Shown: positions 52,908-64,000 of the stretch, one piece after another
Layout: every line of letters begins with the position of its first letter
How positions within the stretch are numbered: position 1 is the first letter of the stretch
From: Paraspadella gotoi
Taxonomy: Eukaryota > Animalia > Chaetognatha
Length of the DNA: 64,000 nucleotides
Assembly: GCA_051294375.1 (NCBI GenBank)
Contig: CM119269.1
Coordinates: forward strand, 21,650,038 to 21,714,037
Reading direction: 5' to 3'
Notes under the pieces: generated by a model
Database searches by the model: none
Told to the model about the DNA's origin: nothing
What the model saw: only the letters and a program-made list of their open reading frames with translations
Program-made: the position numbers and the translations under genes

Positions 52908-54846
52908 AGAGAGGAGAGAGAGAGAAGGAAGAGAGAGCGAAAGGGAGAGAGAGGGCGAAAGAAGAAGAGAGAGATAGATTATTAAACAATACGATAGCGG
53001 GATCTGAGCAAGCAATATTGCTGAAATAGAGAGAAAGAGAAGAGAGGAGAGAGAGAGAGAGAGAGAAGAGAGAGGAGAGAGAGAGAGAAGAGAGAGAGAG
53101 AGAAAAGAGACATAATTAATCAACGGACACCTCAGTGAAGCTTAATCGTTCTCCTCTACACAAAATTTCAATTATCTGAAAAGAATATCACTATCTTTAA
53201 AACACATCTTATCATATCATATATCAAACATTTCCCAAGAAATAATATCTCCCCCCCCCTCGCCAAGACTTACCCTCGGGTCGGGCAGCCGGAAAGGTTA
53301 AGCCGGATCTGCCGGATATTTTATGACGAATGAGTTTTGCCGATTTTCGATATTTTTTTTTTCCGGTGAAAATCGGGAGAGAAATCTGAAAACCGTTGAG
53401 GGACGATGATTTTTCTCGGCGGTTCCAGTCGGCGGAAAGCGGGAGAGAGACCGTTTGAGGCAGGAGACGATTTCGAAAAAATGGAACCGAAGATAAGTTG
53501 GCTTTTTTATCCCAGAACGCCCCCTTTCATCTTGATTTCGGAATTGAGTAAATGTTTTAAATTAAAGATTAGACTGAAGGTTAAGGTTTGGATTAGAAAT
53601 TGGATTAAGGATTGGATTATTGCTTAAGATTAAAAATTAAAGATAAAGAGCCCTTTCTTTTCGCAGAGTACCTCATCACTATTATATTATTTCAAAATTA
53701 AATTTTAGATTTTAATGTTTTATTTAAAATAAATTTTTAAACTTATATCGCAATCCCTAACCCTAATCCCGAACCCTAACCTTATCCTATATCTTATCCC
53801 TAAACCATTTGCTCTAACTTCTAACCCTAACTCCTAACTAATTACTAACTAAAATACTAACCCAAATCTCTAACCTAAAAAATTAAGCTAATTCCAAATT
53901 TTAAGATGAAATGGGGCGGTCTGGAAAATTAAAGCCCATAATATTTCACAAAAATGACTTTGGAGAAAGTGAAAAAGAATTGTAAACTTGTGAACCTGTG
54001 AAGTGATTTAAAGATCCGAGGGATGAAGATTTTCACGAGGTCTCTCGATGGAAAGAGAAAGAGAGAATCGGGGGCAAAAAAAGGATAATATACTAAGGAA
54101 TAAGAAAAAAGACGGAGAAGAGAAGAGACCCGAGTCAACTTGAGGAGAGACCCGGAGAGAGAGAGACGAGAGAGACGAGGGTCCGGGCATACCCACGGCA
54201 GTATGGTTTGTTTACCCGCGTCTCTATGTCACGCACTCACCGGCGCACGCTGACTCGAACGCGAGCCGCGTTGACCTCTGGGGTCGTAAGAGGCTGCAGG
54301 AACGTCACTTGACTCTCTACCATGCTTTCTGAGGTCGACAGAGTGTCAAAAAGCGATCGGGAAGGAGTGGGCGCGCTGGAGGTGCGCGCGATTCGCTACA
54401 AACTCGACTGAGGCAACATCTCGGCAATCCTGCGCGAGTGTGGCTATGTGACTGCAGGAGACGTAATTCCGCGGTAGCGCGCTTTCTGTCTGAATATCAT
54501 CTGTCCGCGCTGTCGCAGGGCGGCCTACATAAAATTGCGAGTCGAAGAAAATCAGGAGCTCGAACGACGACGACGACGACCGACGACTCCGACGAGACGA
54601 CGACGAGAGGCGTACAGCTGGAAAAGAAAGCGAAGATCGGCTTAATAACAGAGAGAGAGAGAGAGAAGAGACGAGAGAGATGAAGACGATTAGAGATGAA
54701 GAGAGGAAGAAGAGAAGAGAAGGAGAGAAGAGAGAGAGGGAGGCTGGTATGATCTCGCTCAGGGCGGAAGGAGGCATCGGTTTAATATAAAAGATGGAAA
54801 TGAGAAACGAGAGAGAGACGGAGACGGACAAGAAAGCTGAAGAGAG

Positions 54847-54897
<51 letters not shown>

Positions 54898-55463
54898 GAG
54901 AGAGATATGAAGAAGCACTTGTCTTCTTGATTTAAATCAGAGATCTGACTGATTTTTAATATTTTTTTAATTCTTCATAAAAATAATCGGACTAATTTCT
55001 GAATGATGTTATTCAGTAAAATTTATAGTTAATCCTGAATGTATTCCATTTGCGTATTGCATAGACGTAACCTAACTTAGAGGTATGCATTAATTCAAAA
55101 ACCTTATTTATTTTTGTAAATTTTATTGTAACAATGGAATAAGAGAGATCACGAACGTTCACTTTTGATCAATAAGTAAAAACAATTGGTATTTTGAGAG
55201 AATCTAACAATAAATTACGAAAAAATTATGGGTTTACGATGAAATCGGTTTGAAAAATTTATTTTCGCACTCGAAATAAATCCAGATTTTTAAAATCTTT
55301 ATTACTCGGGACCAACATCACGCAGCAGTTAGTATTGGCTTTGAAAAAATAAATAAATAAATAAATATATAAATTAAAAAATAAATAATTAAATAACCGT
55401 TAATTTTTACACATCTAAGTGTTCAATGTTTGGGAAAATATTGAAAATTTGACTGTTAACTGT

Positions 55464-55595
55464 TAACGCTGATGAAGACTCGCAACCAAAATAGTCGAAC
55501 ATGTCCGTATAAAAATAAATTCGTTGATGAAACAAAAATTTCAAACTTTTTCTAAATCTCTAAAGGCACGAAAAAGAAAGGGAATAATACAAATA
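55464..55595 (+). mobile_element. Penelope-like pLTR fragment with hammerhead motif (55464-55512)
   Basis: acg-CTGATGA-a-GACT...AGTC-GAA(A missing)-CATGTC-cgt, then AATAAA and the same aaaagaaagg..taatacaa tail as 24574-24593. Confidence 0.6.
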
Positions 55596-56286
55596 TTTAA
55601 TATTTAATAAATTAAACAACCACTTAAATATTTCTAAAATATTCTGAGCATAAAAGCATCTAAGATAAATCCTAATTGACTAATGGTGGGTAAAGTTGTC
55701 TTAGTAAGTTTATTTTTGTTTAATTAATTAATTAATTTACGAATTAATAATCTTGGTTTACATTGTTAGAAATAAATTGATATTATTTGCATTCTCGATT
55801 TATTGAAATTTTAAAATTAATAGTTTTTCTAAAATAAAGCTAATTTTATGCTTTTTACTATTTAGTTTTTTAGTTTTTACAGTTTTACTGGCTAAAATCG
55901 ACATACTTTGATGAACAAATAGGAGTAGAGCTAAAATTCTGACATTCTGACGTTCCAACTGGTAAACTCTTTCTCCTACTTTTTTGTGCTCAGAGAAATC
56001 AAGGTGCTTGAAAGAAATCTCTTTAATTAGGGCATTTCTAAGTATTGAAACCGGAAATAAAGGAAGTTTTTTAAAAATATTTTTAAAAAATCGTCTCAAA
56101 CAAGGAAAAAAACGAGGAATTATCAAGGAAATTTGAAAAAAAGGCGATTTTATTTTTCCTCCGTTTCGTATCTCTGTCATTTCGAGATACAAGATTTTCT
56201 TGTCTTATTTATCTGTTTTTTGTTTGTTTTTGTTTATGTTTTTTGGGCGTCGGTTTTTAATCCCGTTGATCTTTTGTTTTTGAATT

Positions 56287-56387
56287 TCAGCTATTTACAA
56301 GATCGTTTCCACTGACGACGGGAGAGCGCGAAGTTTTGAAATGCCACAAAGTCTCCATGGAATTAAAATCCGTCATCATCAGTTGAC
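56287..56387 (-). CDS. Terminal exon of the Ig-like membrane protein
   Basis: ttttcag|(G)QLMMTDFNSMETLWHFKTSRSPVVSGNDLVNS*. Confidence 0.7.
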
Positions 56388-56404
56388 CTGAAAAAAAAGA
56401 GGAA

Positions 56405-56578
56405 AACAGATTTTGGGATTTAAAAAATAATTAAACTCAACTGAAAAAGAGATTTTGGGATTTAAAAAATAATTAAACTCAACTAAAAAAGAGATTTTGG
56501 GATTTAAAAAATAATTAAACTGAACTGAAAAACAGATTTTGGGATTTAAAAAATAATTATACTGAACTGAAAAAAAGA
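56405..56578. repeat. ~42-bp tandem repeat x4 in an intron
   Basis: gattttgggatttaaaaaataattaaactcaactgaaaaaga units. Confidence 0.9.
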
Positions 56579-56919
56579 GGGCCATATTTTCTAAAAGCTG
56601 CCAAAATTATTTTAAGTTTAATCTTTGATAAGTGGGTTAAAGATAAGGGATTGGTTAGGGGTTAGGGTTAGAGGATAAGGTTAAAGATTTGGGTTCGGCA
56701 TTAAGTTAAGGATAGGAATTAAGATATGGTATTAAACTAAATATTTGGGTTAAAAACTGCAATGAGGCTTTCAAAGTCTTGGTTTAGCCCTCCCCACTGC
56801 GAGTCAAAGTCAAAGTGGGCTGAAGAGTCCTTTCCGCAACTTCTTTAAATCCTTCTAGCAGTCAGGAACGAATCCTGGGCTTGAGGATTTTCCCCGTCCT
56901 CACGCTTACAGCATGGTAG

Positions 56920-57145
56920 GATCCATTGGGGATCGATCTCGGTACAATTGGGGATCATTTTCGGTACAATTGGGGATCGATCACGGTACAATTGGGGATC
57001 AATCTCGGTACAATTGGGGATCAATATCGGTAAAATTGGGGATCAATATCGGTACAATTGGGGATCGATCTTGGTACCATTGGGGATCGATCTCGGTACA
57101 ATTTGGGATCGATCGTGGTACCATTGGGGAACGATCTCGGTACCT
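56920..57145. repeat. ~22-bp minisatellite x10
   Basis: ggggatcgatctcggtacaatt units, no spacers. Confidence 0.92.
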
Positions 57146-57350
57146 TATGGTCATGAGTTGATGTTACTACTCAATGAGCCACCGGGTCACCACTGAAGGT
57201 TTTATTCTTATATGCGGGGTGAACTTATTTCAATGCCCGACTAAAAATATAGTCGCCGGAATGTAGCGTTGTAAAGTTGAGAATCGGCAAATCAAACCTT
57301 TACAATAAATACACTAAAATACAATTAAAATCAGCACAAAAAAAAATCAC

Positions 57351-57585
57351 CTGGAATGTGTCCCGAATTCATTGGCCGCTGCAGCGTCTGCACGTACTGC
57401 ATCTGCTGGGGCGGTTGCTGTTGCTGCTGCTGCGGAACTCTCATGGTGCCACAGCCGTTGTACGCCGCAGCGCCGAGTTGATGGCTCGTGTCGAGGTAAG
57501 TGCTGATCGGTCGGGAGAGGGTAAGGTCGCCCAAGGAGGTGAGTTCGGCGTGGCAGTGCGGGGTGAGGTCGCCGTCTTCGTCCAT
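57351..57585 (-). CDS. Cytoplasmic-tail exon
   Basis: accag|MDEDGDLTPHC...GCGTMRVPQQQQQQPPQQMQYVQTLQRPMNSGHIP G|gtgatt; phase 0/1. Confidence 0.75.
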
Positions 57586-57761
57586 CTGGTTTCAATTTTC
57601 ATTTCATTTCACTTCATTTTTTTTTATTATTTTTTTTTCATCTTCGACGATTAAATGAATAATTGATTAACTCAACTTATTTAGTTATTTACAGCAACAG
57701 AAACAACACCAAAACCAACAACTACGACATCGAAAAAACTCCCATCAACAACATCAACTAC

Positions 57762-57912
57762 CGGTGGGAGATCATCGTCGGCCCTGATGAAAGTCCCCCT
57801 CCTGTACAGCACCAGCAACAGCACGATGATGAAGACGGTGACGACGAGAATTCCGCCGACGATGAAGTAAAGGACGATCTCGATGTTGAAGGCGAGGACC
57901 GGGGAAAGGGGT
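57762..57912 (-). CDS. Transmembrane exon
   Basis: (R)PLSPVLAFNIEIVLYFIVGGILVVTVFIIVLLLVLYRRGTFIRADDDLPP|gtagtt; hydrophobic helix followed by RR stop-transfer. Confidence 0.8.
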
Positions 57913-58374
57913 CTGGAAGAGAAGAAGGGGAGGGTGGGGGTCAGGAAGGGGACATAAATATTGAAGGTAATGAGGAGGGCGTTGGTTAACTTTATTTCCG
58001 GTCGGCCTCTACAATTCTACATTCTTCTATCCGTCTGTCTGTTTATTTGCTCGTCTATCCTTCCGTCTGTCCCTGTTTGCCTGACGGTATTTCTCGCAGT
58101 ATGCTTGCCGTGCTTGATTGCCCGTGTGGCCGCTTGTCAGTCTATCCTTCATTTTGTTTGTCTGCTTCTTTTAATAAATATAATTTTGTCAGCTTGTCAG
58201 TCCGTTCATCTGCCCTTCATTGCCTCGATTTCCATCCGTCAGTCTGTGCGCCCATTTAAATGTCACTGTCTGTCTTTTTGAGTATCTGTCTGTCTCTCTG
58301 TCTTCCCAGTTTCGCTTCCTTCTTTTCTCGTCTTCTCTCCGTCCGTTCGTCCGCTCCGTCCGTCTCTCTCCAAC

Positions 58375-58553
58375 CTGTGCTCGGGTCTCAACGCCCCCGG
58401 CGACAACTTCCCGACTCCTCCGTCGACGCCGCTGAGGATCTTGAGGGTGACGTGGCGCCGGGCGATGCGGACGGCGCCTCGGACGTGAAGGAGGAAGACG
58501 AACCGGCGCCGTCGGAGTCGCTCGACGAGAGTGTGGTGACAATAGGAGGGACA
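58375..58553 (-). CDS. Membrane-proximal extracellular exon
   Basis: ccag|CPSYCHHTLVERLRRRRFVFLLHVRGAVRIARRHVTLKILSGVDGGVGKLSPGALRPEH AG|gttgga; phase 0/2. Confidence 0.6.
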
Positions 58554-58569
58554 CTGGTATTGAGCGAAG

Positions 58570-59025
58570 GGGGGAGTAAATTTGAGAGGGGAGTGGAAAT
58601 AGTGGAATTTTAGGAGTGGAATGGGGGAAGTCTAATTTAAGGGGGGGAGTGGAAATTAGTGGAATTAAAGGAGTGCAATAGGGAAGTCGAATTTAAGGGG
58701 GGAGTGGAAATTAGTGGAATTTAAGGGAGTGAAATAGGGGAAGTCGAATTTAAGGGGGGAGTGGAAATGTAGGGAATTTAAGGGAGTGGAATGGGGGAAG
58801 TCTAATTTAAGGGGGAGTGGAAATTAGTGGAATTTAAGGGAGTGAAATAGAGGAAGTCTAATTTAAGGGGGGGGAGTGAAATTAGTGGAATTGAAGGGAG
58901 TGCAATAGGGGAAGTAGAATTTAAGGGGGGTAGTGAAAATTAGTTGGGATTTTAGGGAGTGGAATGGGGGAGGTGGAATTTAGGAGAGGGAGTGGAAATT
59001 AGTGAATTGGGGAAGCGAAATTTAG
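58570..59025. repeat. G-rich intronic minisatellite
   Basis: ggaatttaaggg(g)gagtggaaattagt-type units. Confidence 0.88.
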
Positions 59026-59796
59026 GGCTCTCGACTCTGATTTTTGGCCGATGGGTAGTAGGCCGGAACAGGTTAAAAACTAGAAGTTCTTTCAAATAAA
59101 TATTGGTTAAGTGACTGTTAGAGAATATGAAAATGGAAATAATTTTTAAAATTTAGCTTATTGATAAGCGCACGGAAGCATTTAAAGATTGTTTTATTAC
59201 TATACAAAGTTGATTAATTTTTTAATTTTTTTTTAAAGATTCTGATAGAGCTTTAAAAGTTAGATAAAGGTTATTAACACAACTTTTTAAATTTTTTTTG
59301 TTTTATTAATAAAAATTTTGAAAAATTATAAAATTCAGCCAATGATGATGATGATTTTTTCTATTTTTAACCAATTAATTGTTACTTCATGTCAAAATTT
59401 TAAAAAATTATAGAACTAACTTTCATTTAACTTTTTAAGTTCTATAGGAATCCGTTCTTAAAAAATCAAAATTTTAAAATTTTTTTATAAATATTTAAAA
59501 GCTTCAGTGCAACAACCCAATGAACTAATTCAAAAAGTTGCATTGAAAATCGATTCAGTAATAAAAGTAAAAAAATCTTTTTTAGAGAACTAAAAGTTAT
59601 AAAAAGTGTTCAATTTTGGCCCGCCTTAATGGTTATTTTCTTAGGCTTTTCTCTGAACCTTCGGCCTTTCTTTGGCTTTTCTGGCCTCTAGACTTTTAAT
59701 TTGCCTTTCTATCGGCTCCCGCCTATGGCCTTTGAATTGCCTTCCTATCCCCTCTGGCCACAGGCCTCAATGTGGCCTCTCTGTCCGGCCTCTCAC

Positions 59797-60036
59797 CTTG
59801 AACGTGATCGTTGAACTCCTCGTAAAGAACGCTCTTGGTAAGTTCCTCGTGCGGAAAAGGTAAGTACTGCGGTTCCCGCAATTCCCACGAGACGTTCTGC
59901 CGCGGTACCACGGGAAAGGAGAGGATCTTGCAGGAGACGTGGTACAGAGTTCGGTTCTCCGGGGCGCCCTGGACTTCGGGGCAGAGAAGGTTGGGTCCGT
60001 ACTGGAGTTGAAGGGTGACGGTCTTACGGGCCGTGG
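59797..60036 (-). CDS. Ig-like domain exon (probable 1-nt error inside)
   Basis: (A)TARKTVTLQLQYGPNLLCPE...YHVSCKILSFPVVPRQNVSWEL...; a shifted frame gives ...FFTRSSTITFK|gtgaga in phase 0, matching the next exon. Confidence 0.6.
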
Positions 60037-60362
60037 CTGGGGAAAGNNNNNNNNNNNNNNNNNNNNNNGGGGGAAATGACATGAAATGAATGATTGAAGG
60101 AAAGAATCAATAAATGAATGAATAAATATATAAATAAATACATGAATGAAAGAATGAATGAATGAAAAAAACTAAAAATCGAACGAAAGAAGCAAAAGAA
60201 CGAACGAGCCAAAGAACAAAAGAACAAACTTATCAGCAGATTCCGACTCTATAATTCACTTTGTCGGAACGTCGGTCCCACCCCCCAATCTTGTCGGGCA
60301 TTCACTTATATCATGTCAGAACATCAAATTATGATAAATTATGCTTTAGAGCCCTGCTGATT

Positions 60363-60445
60363 CACACAAGTAAAAGCGGGACGGGGCGTCTAACCCACCT
60401 GTAGTGAAGGACTACAGCCCGATCCGAAGTTCGGGACCTTGTGTG
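60363..60445 (+). ncRNA. Divergent type-P5 twister ribozyme-like motif without tRNA head; predicted cleavage U60391/A60392
   Basis: P5 CACACAAG/CUUGUGUG; GG-GA-CGG; GGCGUC; UAA-CCC-AC; P3 CUGUAGU/ACUACAG; P4 CCCGA/UCGGG; L4 UCCGAAGU. Confidence 0.85.
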
Positions 60446-61477
60446 CAACGGACGGTGAACTGCTCGCGGCATCGTCTTCCACAAGATTCGATATAATTAA
60501 CCATCTGATTCGCTGCTTACCGCTAAATTATCGTGGGCAGTTCCGACATTGTTTGCTCAAACTTGTTTCTTATCTTTTTTTCCGCTTCTTTCCGTTTCTT
60601 TCCGCTTCTTTTCGCTTCTTTTTGCTTCTAAATCACTGAATCTTTATCTTCTCCCTGAATCGACTGAATCTTCTCGGTGAATCTCTTTAACTCATTAAAT
60701 CTTTATCTTTTCTCTCAGATTTTCTTTGTTAAATGTCTTAGATGAATCTTTTAGATGAATCTCTTTGATGAATCCCTTCATAAATCTCTTTGATGAATCT
60801 CTTCATAAATCTCATTGATGAATCTCTTCATAAATCTTCTCTCGTGAATCTTGATCTCTTCTCTGAATCTCTGAATCTCCTCCGTGAATCTCCTCACATC
60901 GCCAAATCTCCTCACCTCATTACTTTCCCCTTCACTTGGCCGAATCTCTAAGTCTCACAGACGCCAACGCTTCATTGCCTTCTCTTGCAGTTCACTCATC
61001 ATTCTGGTTGATGCCGTTCATCGACATCTAGATTCTTTGAAGGAAAACATTTCACTCCTTTTCATAACAACACTTCTTTCACTTCTTATGATGCTTTTAC
61101 ATCTTTCACATCTTTCACTTCTTTCACTTTTTATAATTCTTTCACTTTTTTCACTTTTAATAAATTCTTTCACTTCTTTTAGCTTCTGTCACTTCTTGCA
61201 TTAATTGAAATGAGTGAAAAAGCATTTCTATCACTACTTTCACATATTTCACTCCTTTCTCACCCTTAACTCATTCACACTTTTCTAATCCATCTCATCT
61301 CACTTTCCCCCCCCCCACCTATTTCACGTCCTCCCCTCCTCACTTTCACTTTTCGACTCTTTAAATAAAAACTTCCTCGCGATATTAAATAATTAATCCG
61401 GTTATAATTCGAATTGTTAGCCAATCAACTTGCCAATCTTTTTATATTTTTATCCTTTTTGATGTATAAATTTACAA

Positions 61478-62012
61478 ATTATTTCCGAGAAGATATGAAA
61501 AAGTTTTTTAACTCACAAACACTATGAAACTAACTAAAAATAAACATTTTATTTTAAAATATATTCTGAATTATTTATATGCTTCGAAAGTTGAATATAT
61601 TTCGCTTCGCATTATTTCCGAGAAGATATGAACAATTTTTTTTAACTCACAAACAATATGAAACTAACTAAAAATAAAGATTTTATTTTAAAATATATTC
61701 TGAATTATTTATATATTTCGAAAGTTGAATAGATTTCGCTTCACATTATTTCCGCGAAGATATGAAAAAGTTTTTTTAACTCACAAACACTATGAACTAA
61801 CTAAAAATAGAGATTTTATTTTAAAATATATTCTGAATTATTTATATGTTTCGAAAGTTGAATAGATTTTGCTTCGCATTATTTCCGAGAAGATATGAAA
61901 AAGTTTTTTAACTCACAAACACTATGAAACTAACTAAAAATAAAGATTTTCTTTTAAAATATATTCTGAATTATTTATATGTTTCGAAAGTTGAATAGAT
62001 TTCGCTTCGTAT
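61478..62012. repeat. ~133-bp tandem repeat x4
   Basis: attatttccgagaagatatgaa... recurs at ~61478, 61611, 61746 and 61878. Confidence 0.92.
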
Positions 62013-62852
62013 TCTCGGTAATTGTCGATAATTTTGTTGCGGCGACGCGATAAGACGATAATTGGTCGGTCTGTCTGTGTCTAAAAAATATTATTAAAAA
62101 AGGTTTTATTGTCTAAATAGCGTATGAGAAAGAACATAGAACATAGGAAAAGGAAAAAATAAAAAATAAGAGAAAAACAAGAGGAATGATAGAACTCAGC
62201 ATTTCGCTTCTCGGATTTCTCTCTTTTTGTTTTGTTTTGTTTTGTTTTTAAATTAAGTTCTTTTTTTTTTCTTTTTTCTTTTTTTTTTTTGAGACTTGCG
62301 CGATTCTTGCAAATTTTCACCCTTCGGGGCATAAAAACTAGTTGCAGTCAGAATTGCCTTCTGCAATGACAGACAAACTGCAATCCATCGGCAATTTCTG
62401 GGTCGACAACCTTGATGACGACGACCACGACAAGGACGAGAGAAACAACGACGACGACAATGACGAATGCGACGATGACAACAACGACGAAGAAGACGAT
62501 GACAACAACGACCGTGACGACGAAATTAACGACAACGACTAAGACGACGATGATGACGATGACAACAAAAAGGTTGACGTCCTAAGGGAATGACGACAAC
62601 GAGGATGACAACGACGACAACAACAACAACAACATCGAAGACAACGACAAGGACAACAAAGGCAACGATAACAATGACTATGATAATGGCAACAAAAATA
62701 ATGACGATGACGAAAATAGCGACAAACATGAAAATTTGACGATGACGATGACAACGATGGCCACGATGACAACGACGATGACAAAGAAGACAACGACCAC
62801 GAAAACTATGACGACGTTGAAAGCGACAACAACAACGACTAGAGAAACTCAC

Positions 62853-62979
62853 CTAGTCGACCTCTGGCCTCAAGGCTAAAGATGAGTTGATTGTAGATGT
62901 GACTCTGTTTCGTGAAATGTTCCGTTTTGTTGAGACGAAGCTTGACTCGGTAGGCGAAGGGGGCGCGGGGACCCGAGGC
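62853..62979 (-). CDS. Exon (5' part lost in N-gap) of an Ig-like single-pass membrane protein
   Basis: ...FAYRVKLRLNKTEHFTKQSHIYNQLIFSLEARGRL G|gtgagt; phase 1 joins the acceptor at 60037. Confidence 0.55.
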
Positions 62980-64000
62980 NNNNNNNNNNNNNNNNNNNNN
63001 NNNNNNNNNNNNNNNNNNNNNNNNNNNNNNNNNNNNNNNNNNNNNNNNNNNNNNNNNNNNNNNNNNNNNNNNNNNNNNNNNNNNNNNNNNNNNNNNNNNN
63101 NNNNNNNNNNNNNNNNNNNNNNNNNNNNNNNNNNNNNNNNNNNNNNNNNNNNNNNNNNNNNNNNNNNNNNNNNNNNNNNNNNNNNNNNNNNNNNNNNNNN
63201 NNNNNNNNNNNNNNNNNNNNNNNNNNNNNNNNNNNNNNNNNNNNNNNNNNNNNNNNNNNNNNNNNNNNTTAGCAAATTTGTTTCCGGAGATAAAAAAGAA
63301 GAAAGAGAGTGGAAGAAAGAAAAAGGAAGCGAGAAGATTGAGGCAATTTGAATGGAACCGGTTTTCCNNNNNNNNNNNNNNNNNNNNNNNNNNNNNNNNN
63401 NNNNNNNNNNNNNNNNNNNNNNNNNNNNNNNNNNNNNNNNNNNNNNNNNNNNNNNNNNNNNNNNNNNNNNNNNNNNNNNNNNNNNNNNNNNNNNNNNNNN
63501 NNNNNNNNNNNNNNNNNNNNNNNNNNNNNNNNNNNNNNNNNNNNNNNNNNNNNNNNNNNNNNNNNNNNNNNNNNNNNNNNNNNNNNNNNNNNNNNNNNNN
63601 NNNNNNNNNNNNNNNNNNNNNNNNNNNNNNNNNNNNNNNNNNNNNNNNNNNNNNNNNNNNNNNNNNNNNNNNNNNNNNNNNNNNNNNTCTCTCTCTCTCT
63701 CTCTCTCTCTCCCTATTCCGACAGGCCGAGGTCAATTCAGCTTCTCCCAGTTGTAATTCCATGAATTTTCTTTCTCGAATCTTTATTTGTTTTTCCTTCA
63801 GTTTTTCTTCTAAGTTTCTTGTTTTCGTCTTCATCTTTGGTCAGATTTTCAATTAAACTAACGAAAATAACTAACATTCTTTTCACTTAATTTAACTAAC
63901 AATATTATATATCCGCGTTTAATTGCATTCATTTTCTCCTTCCACTAATTTTTGTTACTCTAAATAACCTCAAATTGTCTCCAGCATATTCAAACTGAGA

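Noticed and set aside
56650-56685. TTAGGG repeats as a telomere or fusion relic
   Set aside because: Few, degenerate units located within a TIR-type MITE relative.
56920-57145. Short regularly spaced repeats resembling a CRISPR array (also 13540-13717)
   Set aside because: Head-to-tail units with no unique spacers, eukaryotic intronic context, no cas genes.
62342-62840. Asp/Asn/Thr-rich ORFs
   Set aside because: Degenerate (GAC/AAC/GAT)n low-complexity tract in an intron, with no splice-compatible frame found.

Overview
Eukaryotic (invertebrate-animal-like) genomic DNA with AT-rich introns, GC-rich exons, many (CT)n/(GA)n microsatellites, N-gaps and several indel-riddled duplicated blocks that look like uncorrected long-read gap fills. 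Hand splicing gives four intron-containing genes: (1) a plus-strand AIP3-domain gene of the SRCIN1/KIAA1217/CG32809 type (3919 to >=29714); (2) a trypsin-family serine protease nested antisense in one of its introns (12040-18765); (3) an N-terminally anchored Cu/Zn superoxide dismutase (37268-42052, plus noisy copies); (4) the 3' part of a minus-strand single-pass Ig-like membrane protein (56287-62979). The main surprise is non-coding. A dispersed ~230-250 bp repeat joins a tRNA-like head to what folds as a circularly permuted (type-P5) twister ribozyme. A divergent standalone copy at 60363-60445 shows compensatory changes in P3, P4, P5 and the T2 pseudoknot, and P1 is reduced to a self-complementary hexamer. 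The window also has several minimal hammerhead motifs in Penelope-like inverted arrangements (one with a 12-bp TSD and captured cargo), a CCA-bearing tRNA-Leu 3' half, a MITE family with 8-bp TSD and telomere-like interior, and Helentron/DINE-like elements. All calls are by-eye reading; no searches or folding programs were run.
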